From Candidatus Saccharimonadota bacterium (lineage in GTDB: Bacteria > Patescibacteriota > Saccharimonadia > Saccharimonadales > JAGQNK01), in contig JAGQNK010000015.1 of the NCBI GenBank assembly GCA_020428105.1, forward strand, positions 1,209 to 50,288: 49,080 bases of DNA, written 5' to 3'. Position 1 is the stretch's first letter; each line of letters starts with the position of its first letter. Shown here in pieces: positions 27,283 to 36,492 of the stretch. Under the pieces are notes generated by a model. It was given only the letters and a program-made list of their open reading frames with translations, was not told the DNA's origin and made no database searches. The translations under genes and the position numbers were made by a program.

Positions 27283-28086
27283 GTGAAGAAACTCCAACAG
27301 CGGTATCGCTACTCTCTCATTTTACTCAAACAGCTCGTAAAAACCGATTTCAAGCTGCGCTATCAAGGTTCAGTGCTTGGGTATCTGTGGTCTTTGCTAC
27401 GACCACTGGCACTGTTTGTTATTCTCTACGTTGTCTTTACAAAATTCCTTAAAATTGGCGAAGGCGTCCCACACTACCCAATATATTTATTGCTCGGTAT
27501 CATACTCTGGAACTACTTCATTGAGGTAACATCTGGCAGTATCACCGCAATCGTAGGCAAGGGCGACCTCATCCGAAAAATCAATTTCCCTAAGTATGTA
27601 ATTGTGGTCGCTGGCTCATTCTCCGCCCTCATAAACCTGACCATTAACTTTGTGGTGGTAGGAGTTTTCATGATTTTTAGCCAGGTGGATATCAGACAGA
27701 TAGTCGTCCTGTTACCGTTGATCGTTCTGGAGCTTTTCATATTCTCTCTAGCTATGGCGTTTTTCCTGAGCGCAGCTTTTGTGCGCTTCCGCGACATCAA
27801 CTATATATGGGAGGTTCTCATGCAGGGCGCATTTTATGCCACACCAATACTCTACCCGCTCAGCTTGCTACCGATTGCTGCCGCTAAGTGGCTCATGCTT
27901 AACCCAATGGCGCAAATCATCCAAGACATACGCTATGTGCTGATCACGCCTCAAACACAGACTATAGATCAACTGTATGGTACGCAGCTCATACGACTGG
28001 TACCGTTTGGTATCGTGCTAGGCACAGCCATTGTCGCTACCTGGTATTTTAGAAGTCGCCAGCGGTTCTTTGCGGAGGAGGTGTAG
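27283..28086 (+). CDS. wzm: Polysaccharide ABC exporter permease Wzm
   Basis: DFKLRYQGSVLGYLWSLLRPL, FYATPILYP, LNPMAQII. Confidence 0.93.
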   Translation: MKKLQQRYRYSLILLKQLVKTDFKLRYQGSVLGYLWSLLRPLALFVILYVVFTKFLKIGEGVPHYPIYLLLGIILWNYFIEVTSGSITAIVGKGDLIRKINFPKYVIVVAGSFSALINLTINFVVVGVFMIFSQVDIRQIVVLLPLIVLELFIFSLAMAFFLSAAFVRFRDINYIWEVLMQGAFYATPILYPLSLLPIAAAKWLMLNPMAQIIQDIRYVLITPQTQTIDQLYGTQLIRLVPFGIVLGTAIVATWYFRSRQRFFAEEV

Positions 28087-28087
28087 T

Positions 28088-29266
28088 ATGGCTGATGATA
28101 TTGCAATCAAAGTAGAAAACGTCTCAAAGGATTTTAGCTATACCCGTCGAAAAGCAGTGACGGTAAAAAGTGCATTCACCAGTGTCTTTAAACGAAAAGC
28201 AAAAGATGAGAAGACCGTTCAGCATGCGTTAAAAGACATTAGTTTTGATATCAAAAAAGGAGAGTTTTTTGGTATTGTTGGACGTAATGGTAGCGGTAAG
28301 AGTACGTTGCTTAAAATGCTTGCAGGCATTTATCAGCCAACAAAAGGCAACATAACGGTCAATGGTAAGCTAGTGCCATTCATTGAGCTTGGTGTTGGCT
28401 TTAATCCTGAACTGACAGGCCGCGAGAATGTCTACATGAACGGCGCTCTTCTTGGCTTCAGTGAAAAGGAAGTATCTAGATTCTATGATGAGGTTGTTGA
28501 GTTTGCGGAGCTCGAACAGTACATGGACAAAAAGCTTAAAAACTATTCATCAGGGATGCAAGTCCGCTTAGCATTCTCGATGGCAATCCGTGCCAAGGCT
28601 GACATCTTACTAATTGACGAAGTCCTAGCCGTAGGCGACGCCGACTTCCAACGCAAATGCTTCAATTATTTCAAGCAACTTAAGGGCTTAGACACCACGG
28701 TTATCTTTGTGTCACACGATATGACCGCAGTACGACAATTTTGTAATAGAGCTATGCTTATAAATAACGGAATAATTCAGAATATCGGTGATGCTGATGA
28801 AGTGGCATTTTATTATTCCAAGCTTTTTGCGGACGATCATGATAAACGGCTACTACAGAGCAATAAATATTCTGGCAAATCTGATTACATTAAAAAACTA
28901 ACAATTGACATAGGAGAATATATTGCTTTGAGCGGATTGATATGTCCGATTAAAGATTTACAGTCACCAATATTTGGTTTTGTTGTAAAAGACTCCTCAG
29001 GAACAGCAATACTAGGATCTAACACAAAAATGTTAAGTCAAAGAACAGGAACGTTGAAAAAAAATAGTAAACATACCTTTTCTTGGCGGTTTCCAAATAT
29101 TTTGTCTGACGGCGAGTACACGATCGACCTTGCCCTAGTAGGGGAAGATGGCACATCAATTATTGAATGGCTGGAAGAGATTGGTCGATTTGTGATAAAG
29201 AAGACAATCACAAGTCCTTATTCGGTTATGCCAGAAATAACTTTAAAACTTACGGAGAAAAAATGA
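28088..29266 (+). CDS. wzt: Polysaccharide ABC exporter ATPase Wzt with C-terminal carbohydrate-binding-type domain
   Basis: GRNGSGKST, YSSGMQVRLAFS, DEVLAVGDADFQRKC, plus ~150 aa beta-rich extension; start set at 28088. Confidence 0.93.
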   Translation: MADDIAIKVENVSKDFSYTRRKAVTVKSAFTSVFKRKAKDEKTVQHALKDISFDIKKGEFFGIVGRNGSGKSTLLKMLAGIYQPTKGNITVNGKLVPFIELGVGFNPELTGRENVYMNGALLGFSEKEVSRFYDEVVEFAELEQYMDKKLKNYSSGMQVRLAFSMAIRAKADILLIDEVLAVGDADFQRKCFNYFKQLKGLDTTVIFVSHDMTAVRQFCNRAMLINNGIIQNIGDADEVAFYYSKLFADDHDKRLLQSNKYSGKSDYIKKLTIDIGEYIALSGLICPIKDLQSPIFGFVVKDSSGTAILGSNTKMLSQRTGTLKKNSKHTFSWRFPNILSDGEYTIDLALVGEDGTSIIEWLEEIGRFVIKKTITSPYSVMPEITLKLTEKK

Positions 29267-30267
29267 TTAAAAGATTTTTAAAGAAGACCACGAAACCTCG
29301 ACAACCTACCATAAAAGATCCAATAGATATCCTTAAATCCTACAATGTGTGGAGAAAAGATGAATGGCAGCGATACGCGATGACAGTATCATGTCGCGAT
29401 ACTGACTATATTCCAAAAGTGAAAGAAGCCGGTAAACTAAATATTGTTGATGGCCAAGAGGTTCAGATTATGCACAATGGAGTCAAGGTCATAAATGGGG
29501 GTTATCATGGGGAGTGGATGTCAAAAATTATCAATGACTTAAAGGGCCATCATGAGCCACAAGAGGAAAAGCTTTTTTACGAAATAACCAAACGACTTGA
29601 TAAATCACCTATAATTATAGAACTCGGTAGCTTCTGGTCGTATTACAGTATCTGGATAGTAACTGAATTTGAGCAAGCTAGAGCCATTGCGTGCGAACCA
29701 GATCCGACAAATATGAAAATTGGTCAAAACAACGCCCATATCAATAAAGTAGAAGATATGATTTCGTTTATAGATGCTGCAGCTGGTAGTGTAAATAACA
29801 AAAAAATTAGATTTACTCTTGACTCTGATCAGTCGCAAAAGATAACTACAAAAATACGCACCGTAGATTCATTAACTAATCAATACGGACTTAACAAGGT
29901 CGATATTTTGCATATGGATGTTCAAGGCGTAGAGCTAGATGCTTTAGAGGGTGCATTAAATACAATTAAGGCAGGTAAAGTTCGGTTTGTATTTGTCTCT
30001 ACGCACCATTATTTTTTTTCTGGCGATCCAATGACACACCAAAAGTGCAAGAATTTTTTGATAGACAACGGAGCAACAATAATTGCTTCGCATAATGTTT
30101 TAGAGTCGTTCAGTGGTGATGGGTTGATAGTAGCATCTTTTGACGAGCGTGATAGATCTTTGAAAATTGACGTATCATTAAACCATAGCGACGACTCATT
30201 GTTTAGGGCATACGAAGAGGATCTAAGTATATTGATAGATGAAATAAGGCAGAAAGCAAAGCTATGA
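29263..30267 (+). CDS. FkbM-family methyltransferase
   Basis: IELGSFWSYYS, CEPDP, DILHMDVQGVE; ATGA overlap with wzt. Confidence 0.85.
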   Translation: MIKRFLKKTTKPRQPTIKDPIDILKSYNVWRKDEWQRYAMTVSCRDTDYIPKVKEAGKLNIVDGQEVQIMHNGVKVINGGYHGEWMSKIINDLKGHHEPQEEKLFYEITKRLDKSPIIIELGSFWSYYSIWIVTEFEQARAIACEPDPTNMKIGQNNAHINKVEDMISFIDAAAGSVNNKKIRFTLDSDQSQKITTKIRTVDSLTNQYGLNKVDILHMDVQGVELDALEGALNTIKAGKVRFVFVSTHHYFFSGDPMTHQKCKNFLIDNGATIIASHNVLESFSGDGLIVASFDERDRSLKIDVSLNHSDDSLFRAYEEDLSILIDEIRQKAKL

Positions 30268-31130
30268 TTCCTCCAGATGTGTTTCCGAGTTATGCCCAGT
30301 ACCATGAAGATATAATCCTGGCCGCACTTTTTAAAGGGAAAAAAGATGGTTTTTATGTTGATGTTGGTGCCAACTACGAAGAGTATCACTCGGTTACAAA
30401 ATATTTCTATGAACGTGGTTGGCGGGGTATAAATATTGAGCCCATACCTCGTCTTATAAAGACATTTAATAAGAAGCGCCCAAGAGACATAAATCTCAAC
30501 TATGCTGTGGCAGCCAAAAAAGGTACTCTAAGTTTCCGCGAATATCCTAATCACGACGGTTATTCAACTTTTAGTGAAGAAACAAAAAAAGAGAATGAGA
30601 AACTAGGCTTACCACACATAGACTATGATGTAAAAGTCGATAGCCTCAAGAATATATTTACAAGGTATAAATTGACCGAAATCGATTTTCTAAAAATAGA
30701 TGTTGAGGGCTTTGAAAATGAGGTATTACATAGCAATGACTGGAAGATCTTTCGGCCAAAAGTAATATGTATTGAGGCAAATCATCGTGATGAAGACTGG
30801 TCAAAGTTTATCATAAGTCAGAAATACACATGCATTATATTTGATGGTCTCAATGAGTACTATATTGACAATGAGTCCATGGTTATATTCGACAATTTCG
30901 CTGAACGTGCTACTATTCTTGCTCATAATGGTATAAGAAATCATCTTCTCAATCAATGGAGAGAAGATATTAATCATATAGTTGAGCTAACGAATATGAT
31001 AGAACAAAAAGATAAGACTATAAGAACCCTTCAACATACACAACAAACCCTAGATATGAACATGCAGAATATCAAATTTTTGCTAAAACAACTAAAAAAG
31101 CAGATTATATTACGACTGAGGGTCAAATAA
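30264..31130 (+). CDS. FkbM-family methyltransferase with C-terminal coiled coil
   Basis: YVDVGAN, GWRGINIEP, DFLKIDVEGFE, RPKVICIE. Confidence 0.88.
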   Translation: MIPPDVFPSYAQYHEDIILAALFKGKKDGFYVDVGANYEEYHSVTKYFYERGWRGINIEPIPRLIKTFNKKRPRDINLNYAVAAKKGTLSFREYPNHDGYSTFSEETKKENEKLGLPHIDYDVKVDSLKNIFTRYKLTEIDFLKIDVEGFENEVLHSNDWKIFRPKVICIEANHRDEDWSKFIISQKYTCIIFDGLNEYYIDNESMVIFDNFAERATILAHNGIRNHLLNQWREDINHIVELTNMIEQKDKTIRTLQHTQQTLDMNMQNIKFLLKQLKKQIILRLRVK

Positions 31131-31204
31131 GTTTCATATAAATCACTGTGTTAGCGTTATGGGGTATCGAAGTAAGAAAATACAATAAATCGGTTTGAAC
31201 TATA

Positions 31205-32440
31205 TTATCTACCTTTTTGAGAAGTTATTGTCTTGTAGGTATCCTGTGCGCAGCGATCCCAGCTAAATGACCTTGCATTCTTTCTGCCATATGCTATAAG
31301 TTTTTTTCGCCATTCAATATCTTTTTGTAACGCCAAAACTGCATCTTGGATCGCGATACCCCCTTGTTCTTTTAGTAGTATTGCGGAATTACCTGCAATC
31401 TCAGGAATAGAAGAATTATCATATGTGATAACAGGGCAGCCTTCAAGCATAGCTTCTAGAATCGGCAAGCCAAACCCTTCATAGATGGTTGGGTACACAA
31501 AAACAAAGGCATGCTCCATAAGCCAGGTTTTTTCTTCCTGCGTGGTAAAACCTAGAAGATATATCTGGTCTCTGTAGGAACTATCCATTATTGCTTCACG
31601 TACTTCAATGTTTGGAACTTTATCTGCTTCAGCTAATTCCTTGCCACCCAAGACCAAGTCAAAGTTATGGCCACGCCCATTCAATAGGTTGAATGCATGT
31701 ATAAGATCCGCAATTTTGCGTCTTTCGTCAACGCCACCCGTATAGTAAAGCAAAGGATTGACACTTTTGTTGAGCTGTTTGGGCTTGTGGCTGTTTCGGG
31801 ATTCTTCATCTGGCATAGAAGGTGCCAAGTGTATTGTGGCTATCTTTTCCCTAGGGATCCCTACATAATCATGAAGGTCATTTGTTGTAGCTTGAGAAAT
31901 GCTGAGAATACGGGTAGCTCTACGCAAAGAGCGCAGTGAGCGCAAGTAGTGGTTTTCTCTCAACCAAGCCGAGAGAATCATTCTGAGTCTACGTATCTTG
32001 CCAAGCCCAGGCTTCGATAATAAATGTTTCCACGAAGGTAAATAAATATCTCTTAGAACCAGTGGAATTATGTCATACATAACTACATATTTTTTCATAC
32101 GTCTGCCACGCGGTAACCCCAACTGAAAGTCAGGCTGGAAGAACACGTCAGGGTTGTGAGTGTAAAGGTCTCCGAAACGCCGATGAAATCGTCTTTTTAC
32201 AACCTCCTTTAATATGTCTAATCCGTGTGGTTCTCCTGGTTTCTTCATGACGATTTCTTCGTATTCCTTGAACGGCAGATCAAAGTCATCGACTGGATTA
32301 CTATTGTCGTAACGAATGATTATGAATATGTGTTCAGTGTCTTCGGCCGGAAATCTACCAATAACATTGATTATGTAGGCACCAATACCACGATATTGGT
32401 GCCCTATTTGTAGAGGGCGCAGATCAATAGCAATTTTCAT
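31205..32440 (-). CDS. GT4-family glycosyltransferase
   Basis: YPTIYEGFGLPILEAM, DNSSIPEIAG. Confidence 0.9.
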   Translation of the reverse strand: MKIAIDLRPLQIGHQYRGIGAYIINVIGRFPAEDTEHIFIIIRYDNSNPVDDFDLPFKEYEEIVMKKPGEPHGLDILKEVVKRRFHRRFGDLYTHNPDVFFQPDFQLGLPRGRRMKKYVVMYDIIPLVLRDIYLPSWKHLLSKPGLGKIRRLRMILSAWLRENHYLRSLRSLRRATRILSISQATTNDLHDYVGIPREKIATIHLAPSMPDEESRNSHKPKQLNKSVNPLLYYTGGVDERRKIADLIHAFNLLNGRGHNFDLVLGGKELAEADKVPNIEVREAIMDSSYRDQIYLLGFTTQEEKTWLMEHAFVFVYPTIYEGFGLPILEAMLEGCPVITYDNSSIPEIAGNSAILLKEQGGIAIQDAVLALQKDIEWRKKLIAYGRKNARSFSWDRCAQDTYKTITSQKGR

Positions 32441-33594
32441 TTTATACTCCTGATCTGTTCTAATAATACTTTTGCACTTTTTTTGTAAGTAAATTTCTCG
32501 GATTGTTCATAACCCTTTTCTATGAGCTCTTTGGCCAGCTCTGTATTTGTCAGGACTTTTGCGATGCCTTTTGCAATGTCATTGCTGTCATCAGCCTTTA
32601 CCATGATTGCAGCATCTCCAACCGCCTCCGGAAGAGAGGAATTATCTGCGGAAACGACAGGCGTACCACACGCCATAGCTTCTATAGGCGGTATACCAAA
32701 GCCCTCGTAGTGGCTCACGTAGGCAAAAACTGACGCGCCACTATAGAGAGCCGGACGATCTTTGTCAATCACATAGTCAACTGGTTGAATTACCCTATCA
32801 CCTTTAATGCGCATGTCGAGAATCATTTCGTGGATCTCGTTATCATTCCATCCTTTTGCGCCGATTAGCAGTAAAGCATATTTACTTTTTATAGGTTCAG
32901 GAAGTTGGCGGTATGCTTCCAGTAATCCCTTCAGGTTTTTGCGGGGCTCTAGATTGCTTAGAAACATTATATAATTGTCATCAAAAATCCCGTACTTGGC
33001 TTTTACACGAGTAATCTCGTTTGTCGAGCGTGGATAAAAGCTGCGCGTATCAACACCGGGATAGCATATGAATACGTTTTTTGGGCTAATCTTATAATGT
33101 TCGATTATTTCACGTTTGCTATTCTCTGAGATCGTTAGGATTTTTGTTGCACGTTTTACGGATTTGCCCACCTGTTCCTCTAGAAATCTTTGGTTAGGTC
33201 CTGCAACAAATTCCGGATGAAATATAAATGACAGATCATAAATGAAGGGTATGGATTTTGAAAATAACATTGGCCACGAGCTGTAATTTGGGTAAAGATA
33301 TAATCTTTTCCCAAACATAAGGTCTATGGGGGGTTGGAGCCCTCTCTGCTTGAGACCGTTGCTGGTTCGTAGTGAAAAAGGGAAACGCTTGTAGTAGAAG
33401 TTTCTAAACCCAAATCGCCCTAATCGCCCTATATGCTTGTAATATGCTCCAAGAGAAATCTTGGTATCGCTTTCTGCTATGAGTAAATCATCGAGTGCTT
33501 TCAATAAGTCTGCTGTATAATGTCCGATTCCACTAAAGTGGTCAATGACCAAATTCTCGACATCAACATATACAGAGATTTTCTTTTTCCTCAC
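32437..33594 (-). CDS. GT4-family glycosyltransferase (mannosyl/rhamnosyltransferase-like)
   Basis: LEPRKNL, SHYEGFGIPPIEAMACG, NSSLPEAVG; GTG start. Confidence 0.9.
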   Translation of the reverse strand: MRKKKISVYVDVENLVIDHFSGIGHYTADLLKALDDLLIAESDTKISLGAYYKHIGRLGRFGFRNFYYKRFPFSLRTSNGLKQRGLQPPIDLMFGKRLYLYPNYSSWPMLFSKSIPFIYDLSFIFHPEFVAGPNQRFLEEQVGKSVKRATKILTISENSKREIIEHYKISPKNVFICYPGVDTRSFYPRSTNEITRVKAKYGIFDDNYIMFLSNLEPRKNLKGLLEAYRQLPEPIKSKYALLLIGAKGWNDNEIHEMILDMRIKGDRVIQPVDYVIDKDRPALYSGASVFAYVSHYEGFGIPPIEAMACGTPVVSADNSSLPEAVGDAAIMVKADDSNDIAKGIAKVLTNTELAKELIEKGYEQSEKFTYKKSAKVLLEQIRSIK

Positions 33595-33636
33595 CCCTAT
33601 ATAGTAACAAACTTCATACCTATTATTAAACGGAAT

Positions 33637-35625
33637 CTATTTGATACCATTTGTACGCGTATGCCACACCGGCTTACCGTCATTTGTGTATAGCACTAGA
33701 TTCCCGTCACTCTGCATAGTGAGTCTAGATTCCCCACGTCCATTTGTACGCGTATGCCACACCGGCTTACCGTCATTTGTGTATAGCACTAGATTCCCGT
33801 CACTCTGCATAGTGAGCCTAGACGCATTCTTTCCCTGAGTGTAGCTAGCCCAGAGCACACGATCTCGCGAGTATAGCACTAGATTCCCGTCAGATTGGAG
33901 TACAAGTTGGTATGCTCGATCTATTGTCTCAATCTTTTGTCCAATATACAGCGTGCCACTTCTAAGGGTAGAGTTTATAATTTGCAAATTGTTCGGTCTT
34001 TGTACCGTTCCGTTATTCCATAAAGCTACACCAGACTTATAGATGACCATATTGCCGTCAATCTGTAAGCTAAGGTATGCTCCTGAGTTTCCGTTCGTCC
34101 TGCTATGCCATAGAGCGTTTCCAGATATACCGTACAATACTAGATTCCCGTCAGTTTGCATAATCAGTCTTTTTGCCTGTTTGCCGTGAGTGTTTGAACT
34201 CCAAGTGTTACTGAAGTTGGTTGATAGCACTAGATTCCCGTCATTCTGAAGTGCTAGTACTGTTTGTTTCTCTGGAGACATTAGGATTTGCCCCTTTTGG
34301 ATAGATGCTCCCGGGGCCAAGATAGTAGATGAAGAGCTAACTGATGCTGGTACGACACTATATACTGTGAAGCTTAGGCCCGGGTCATTAAACCATGCTA
34401 TTCCTTCGGCGACGAGACTAAGCTTTTCCACATACCTACCGGGAGAATTACCGGGTGTTTTGAGTATGAACTCGAAGGTTCCTACTGAACCAGGGGGAAC
34501 GCTATCTTCTAAAAGGGTAGCGGGTCGAGTGGTATAGGGCCAACTATCATCGTGTAATATACCGGCATGATCCCTAGGCCCAGAGGTTCCTAGCCTCACT
34601 TGATTTTTAGTCCAAGTTTCGTTACCTATATTGCGAGCCTTTACCCTTATGTATGCACTAGAACCAGGAGAGACGCTTATGATGCTAGTAAACGGCATAG
34701 TGCGGGAAGGGTCTATGTATGCTTCAGCTGATTCCAGAGTCCATGCATACGCAGTATTGGTTTGGGTGCTACCAAACCAGTCTGTAAACAGACGCCAAAA
34801 ATTACGATTGCCATAGGCGCTGCAAGAATCGCCTGTGCCGTAGAGATTTGCTAATGCAGCTGTATTAGGCTGATATGGCGTGTAATTATACAGGGCGGCT
34901 GTTGCTCCATTCTGCATAGTTATGTTTGTACCGCCACAGCTTGGTGCATTTGCTTGGTAGGGCACGAAACTTGTTCGACCTTTAGCGTAATTAAAGTAAT
35001 CAGGCTGAGCAATATAACGTTGATATTGCCTTGCGGCGCTATACACTTGGTTAAAGAATCCATAATACTGAGAGTCGCATGCTGCAGTGTCGGGGCAGCC
35101 AAATCCTGTAGCGCTTCGGTATTGAATACTCCACGGCCAGTCATCGGTAATCAGCGACTGCTCCTTTTGTAGCAGCACAATTAATACCTTTGGGCTGACT
35201 CCACAAGCTTGCGCTACGTCATAAATAATCTGAGCAGCCGACTTATTGCCACTATTTATAGAGCCCTTGCAATAACTATCGGCTGATTTACTTGGAATCG
35301 TCTGTTTGTAATCTTTCAAACAGGTGTATGGAGCAGGATAGCCCTTCGAGGCGCCGTAGGTGGCACGGGTAGTGCCAGCATATGGTTTCGTGCCATTTGT
35401 GTCACAAGTGGGTACCTTTGCATTGAGAAAAGTTTGTATCTGGCTTGCTGACATACTCGATTTGTTAAAAAATACACCATCAGCAATAATGTTTGATTTA
35501 TTAAACTGACTCCCAGTCAGAGCGTGGGTTGACACAACTCCTAACAAACCTAACAGGAAGCCAAGACTTATTATGGATATAGGTATTACCGCAAGTATTA
35601 TGTTCCAAGGCCTATGGGTACGCAT
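33637..35625 (-). CDS. Secreted surface protein: putative lysozyme-like domain, Ig-like domain and tandem bulb-type (GNA/B) lectin domains
   Basis: Signal/TM N-terminus; SPKVLIVLLQKEQS...GFGCPD domain; VKARNIGNETW Ig-like module; six QxDGN(L/M)V(L/I) motifs. Confidence 0.8.
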   Translation of the reverse strand: MRTHRPWNIILAVIPISIISLGFLLGLLGVVSTHALTGSQFNKSNIIADGVFFNKSSMSASQIQTFLNAKVPTCDTNGTKPYAGTTRATYGASKGYPAPYTCLKDYKQTIPSKSADSYCKGSINSGNKSAAQIIYDVAQACGVSPKVLIVLLQKEQSLITDDWPWSIQYRSATGFGCPDTAACDSQYYGFFNQVYSAARQYQRYIAQPDYFNYAKGRTSFVPYQANAPSCGGTNITMQNGATAALYNYTPYQPNTAALANLYGTGDSCSAYGNRNFWRLFTDWFGSTQTNTAYAWTLESAEAYIDPSRTMPFTSIISVSPGSSAYIRVKARNIGNETWTKNQVRLGTSGPRDHAGILHDDSWPYTTRPATLLEDSVPPGSVGTFEFILKTPGNSPGRYVEKLSLVAEGIAWFNDPGLSFTVYSVVPASVSSSSTILAPGASIQKGQILMSPEKQTVLALQNDGNLVLSTNFSNTWSSNTHGKQAKRLIMQTDGNLVLYGISGNALWHSRTNGNSGAYLSLQIDGNMVIYKSGVALWNNGTVQRPNNLQIINSTLRSGTLYIGQKIETIDRAYQLVLQSDGNLVLYSRDRVLWASYTQGKNASRLTMQSDGNLVLYTNDGKPVWHTRTNGRGESRLTMQSDGNLVLYTNDGKPVWHTRTNGIK
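33647..33822. repeat. 93-nt-period internal duplication in the lectin domain
   Basis: 33647-33723 is identical to 33740-33816 (77 bp), followed by one mismatch and 5 more matches. Confidence 0.92.
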
Positions 35626-35629
35626 GCAT

Positions 35630-36196
35630 CTATTCCACCTTAATTTGCTTAGATACGCCCTGAGCGCTATTAGATTTATACGATACAGTTGCAGTCCAGC
35701 CTTGGCCAGTCAATTTGGGGGTAGCCATCCTACCGCATTGTGTGTATGAAACATTTGCGACGCTAGTTGATGTAGTACTCAGAGTCTGTGTGCCGTTTGA
35801 AAAAACAGCTGTACACGTACCCCCATCTTCGACCACTCCTGTTACATTTGCAAAAACTGAATATATGTCTGCTGAAGTAATGGTAACAGTTACAGATTTT
35901 AAGGTGGTTATGCCAGGGTCACTATTGTCTTGCTGCTTTTGTTCCTCGACAATCTTTTCTTTGTTTGCATCATTCTGCCTATTATCTTCTCTGCTCGCAG
36001 GATCATAATTGATAGTATCCTGTCCCGTTTGTTGTGCAGACGTAGGCTTGCTCATCTGAGCTGGGGTAGTATTTTGTCGACTTCGCGCGTAGATACCTCC
36101 GCCTATAAGGGCAATAAGTACGATAGCCCCAGCTACAGGTGCTGGACTAAGTATTCTTTTTTTTGACAGGCTTTGTTTTGTAGTGTACTTTTTCAT
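35630..36196 (-). CDS. Membrane-anchored hypothetical protein with small C-terminal beta domain
   Basis: Basic N-terminus, one TM, Q/T-rich linker, GGTCTAVF...TQC Cys pair; 4 nt upstream of the lectin gene. Start set at MKKYTT. Confidence 0.7.
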   Translation of the reverse strand: MKKYTTKQSLSKKRILSPAPVAGAIVLIALIGGGIYARSRQNTTPAQMSKPTSAQQTGQDTINYDPASREDNRQNDANKEKIVEEQKQQDNSDPGITTLKSVTVTITSADIYSVFANVTGVVEDGGTCTAVFSNGTQTLSTTSTSVANVSYTQCGRMATPKLTGQGWTATVSYKSNSAQGVSKQIKVE

Positions 36197-36492
36197 ATTC
36201 TTTGTTTTATCGAATGTTATACCTGTACTTATTCTAGTATAAGCAAGGGTATTTCTCAATAGCGGAGCTATATTTCCCAGGTGTAGGCAGTGGAATGAAT
36301 GTCCCAGCCAGATGAGTTGGCTGAGGATGGGTGTCAGCTTGGAGCAGCTAACAACTCGAGACCGTTAGGTCGTGGGAAATTTACTACCTTCCTGAATGGT
36401 ATCGTTAAGGGCAAGACCGTATGTAGAGTGTATGGAGCAATGTTTACGTTTACGCGAAATTCCCACTAAAAATGATGCTATAATATATTCTA

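Noticed and set aside
22488-33594. LPS O-antigen cluster
   Set aside because: No lipid A or core genes, a short monoderm-type YidC, and the inferred CPR context has no outer membrane.
33647-34243. Diversity-generating retroelement or shufflon acting on the lectin gene
   Set aside because: No reverse transcriptase or recombinase in the window, no adenine-specific mismatch pattern, and all cores are in direct orientation.
36299-36469. 56-aa + strand ORF (MSQPDELAEDGCQLG...)
   Set aside because: No SD or well-placed -10 box and no recognisable motif; it cannot be supported without conservation data.
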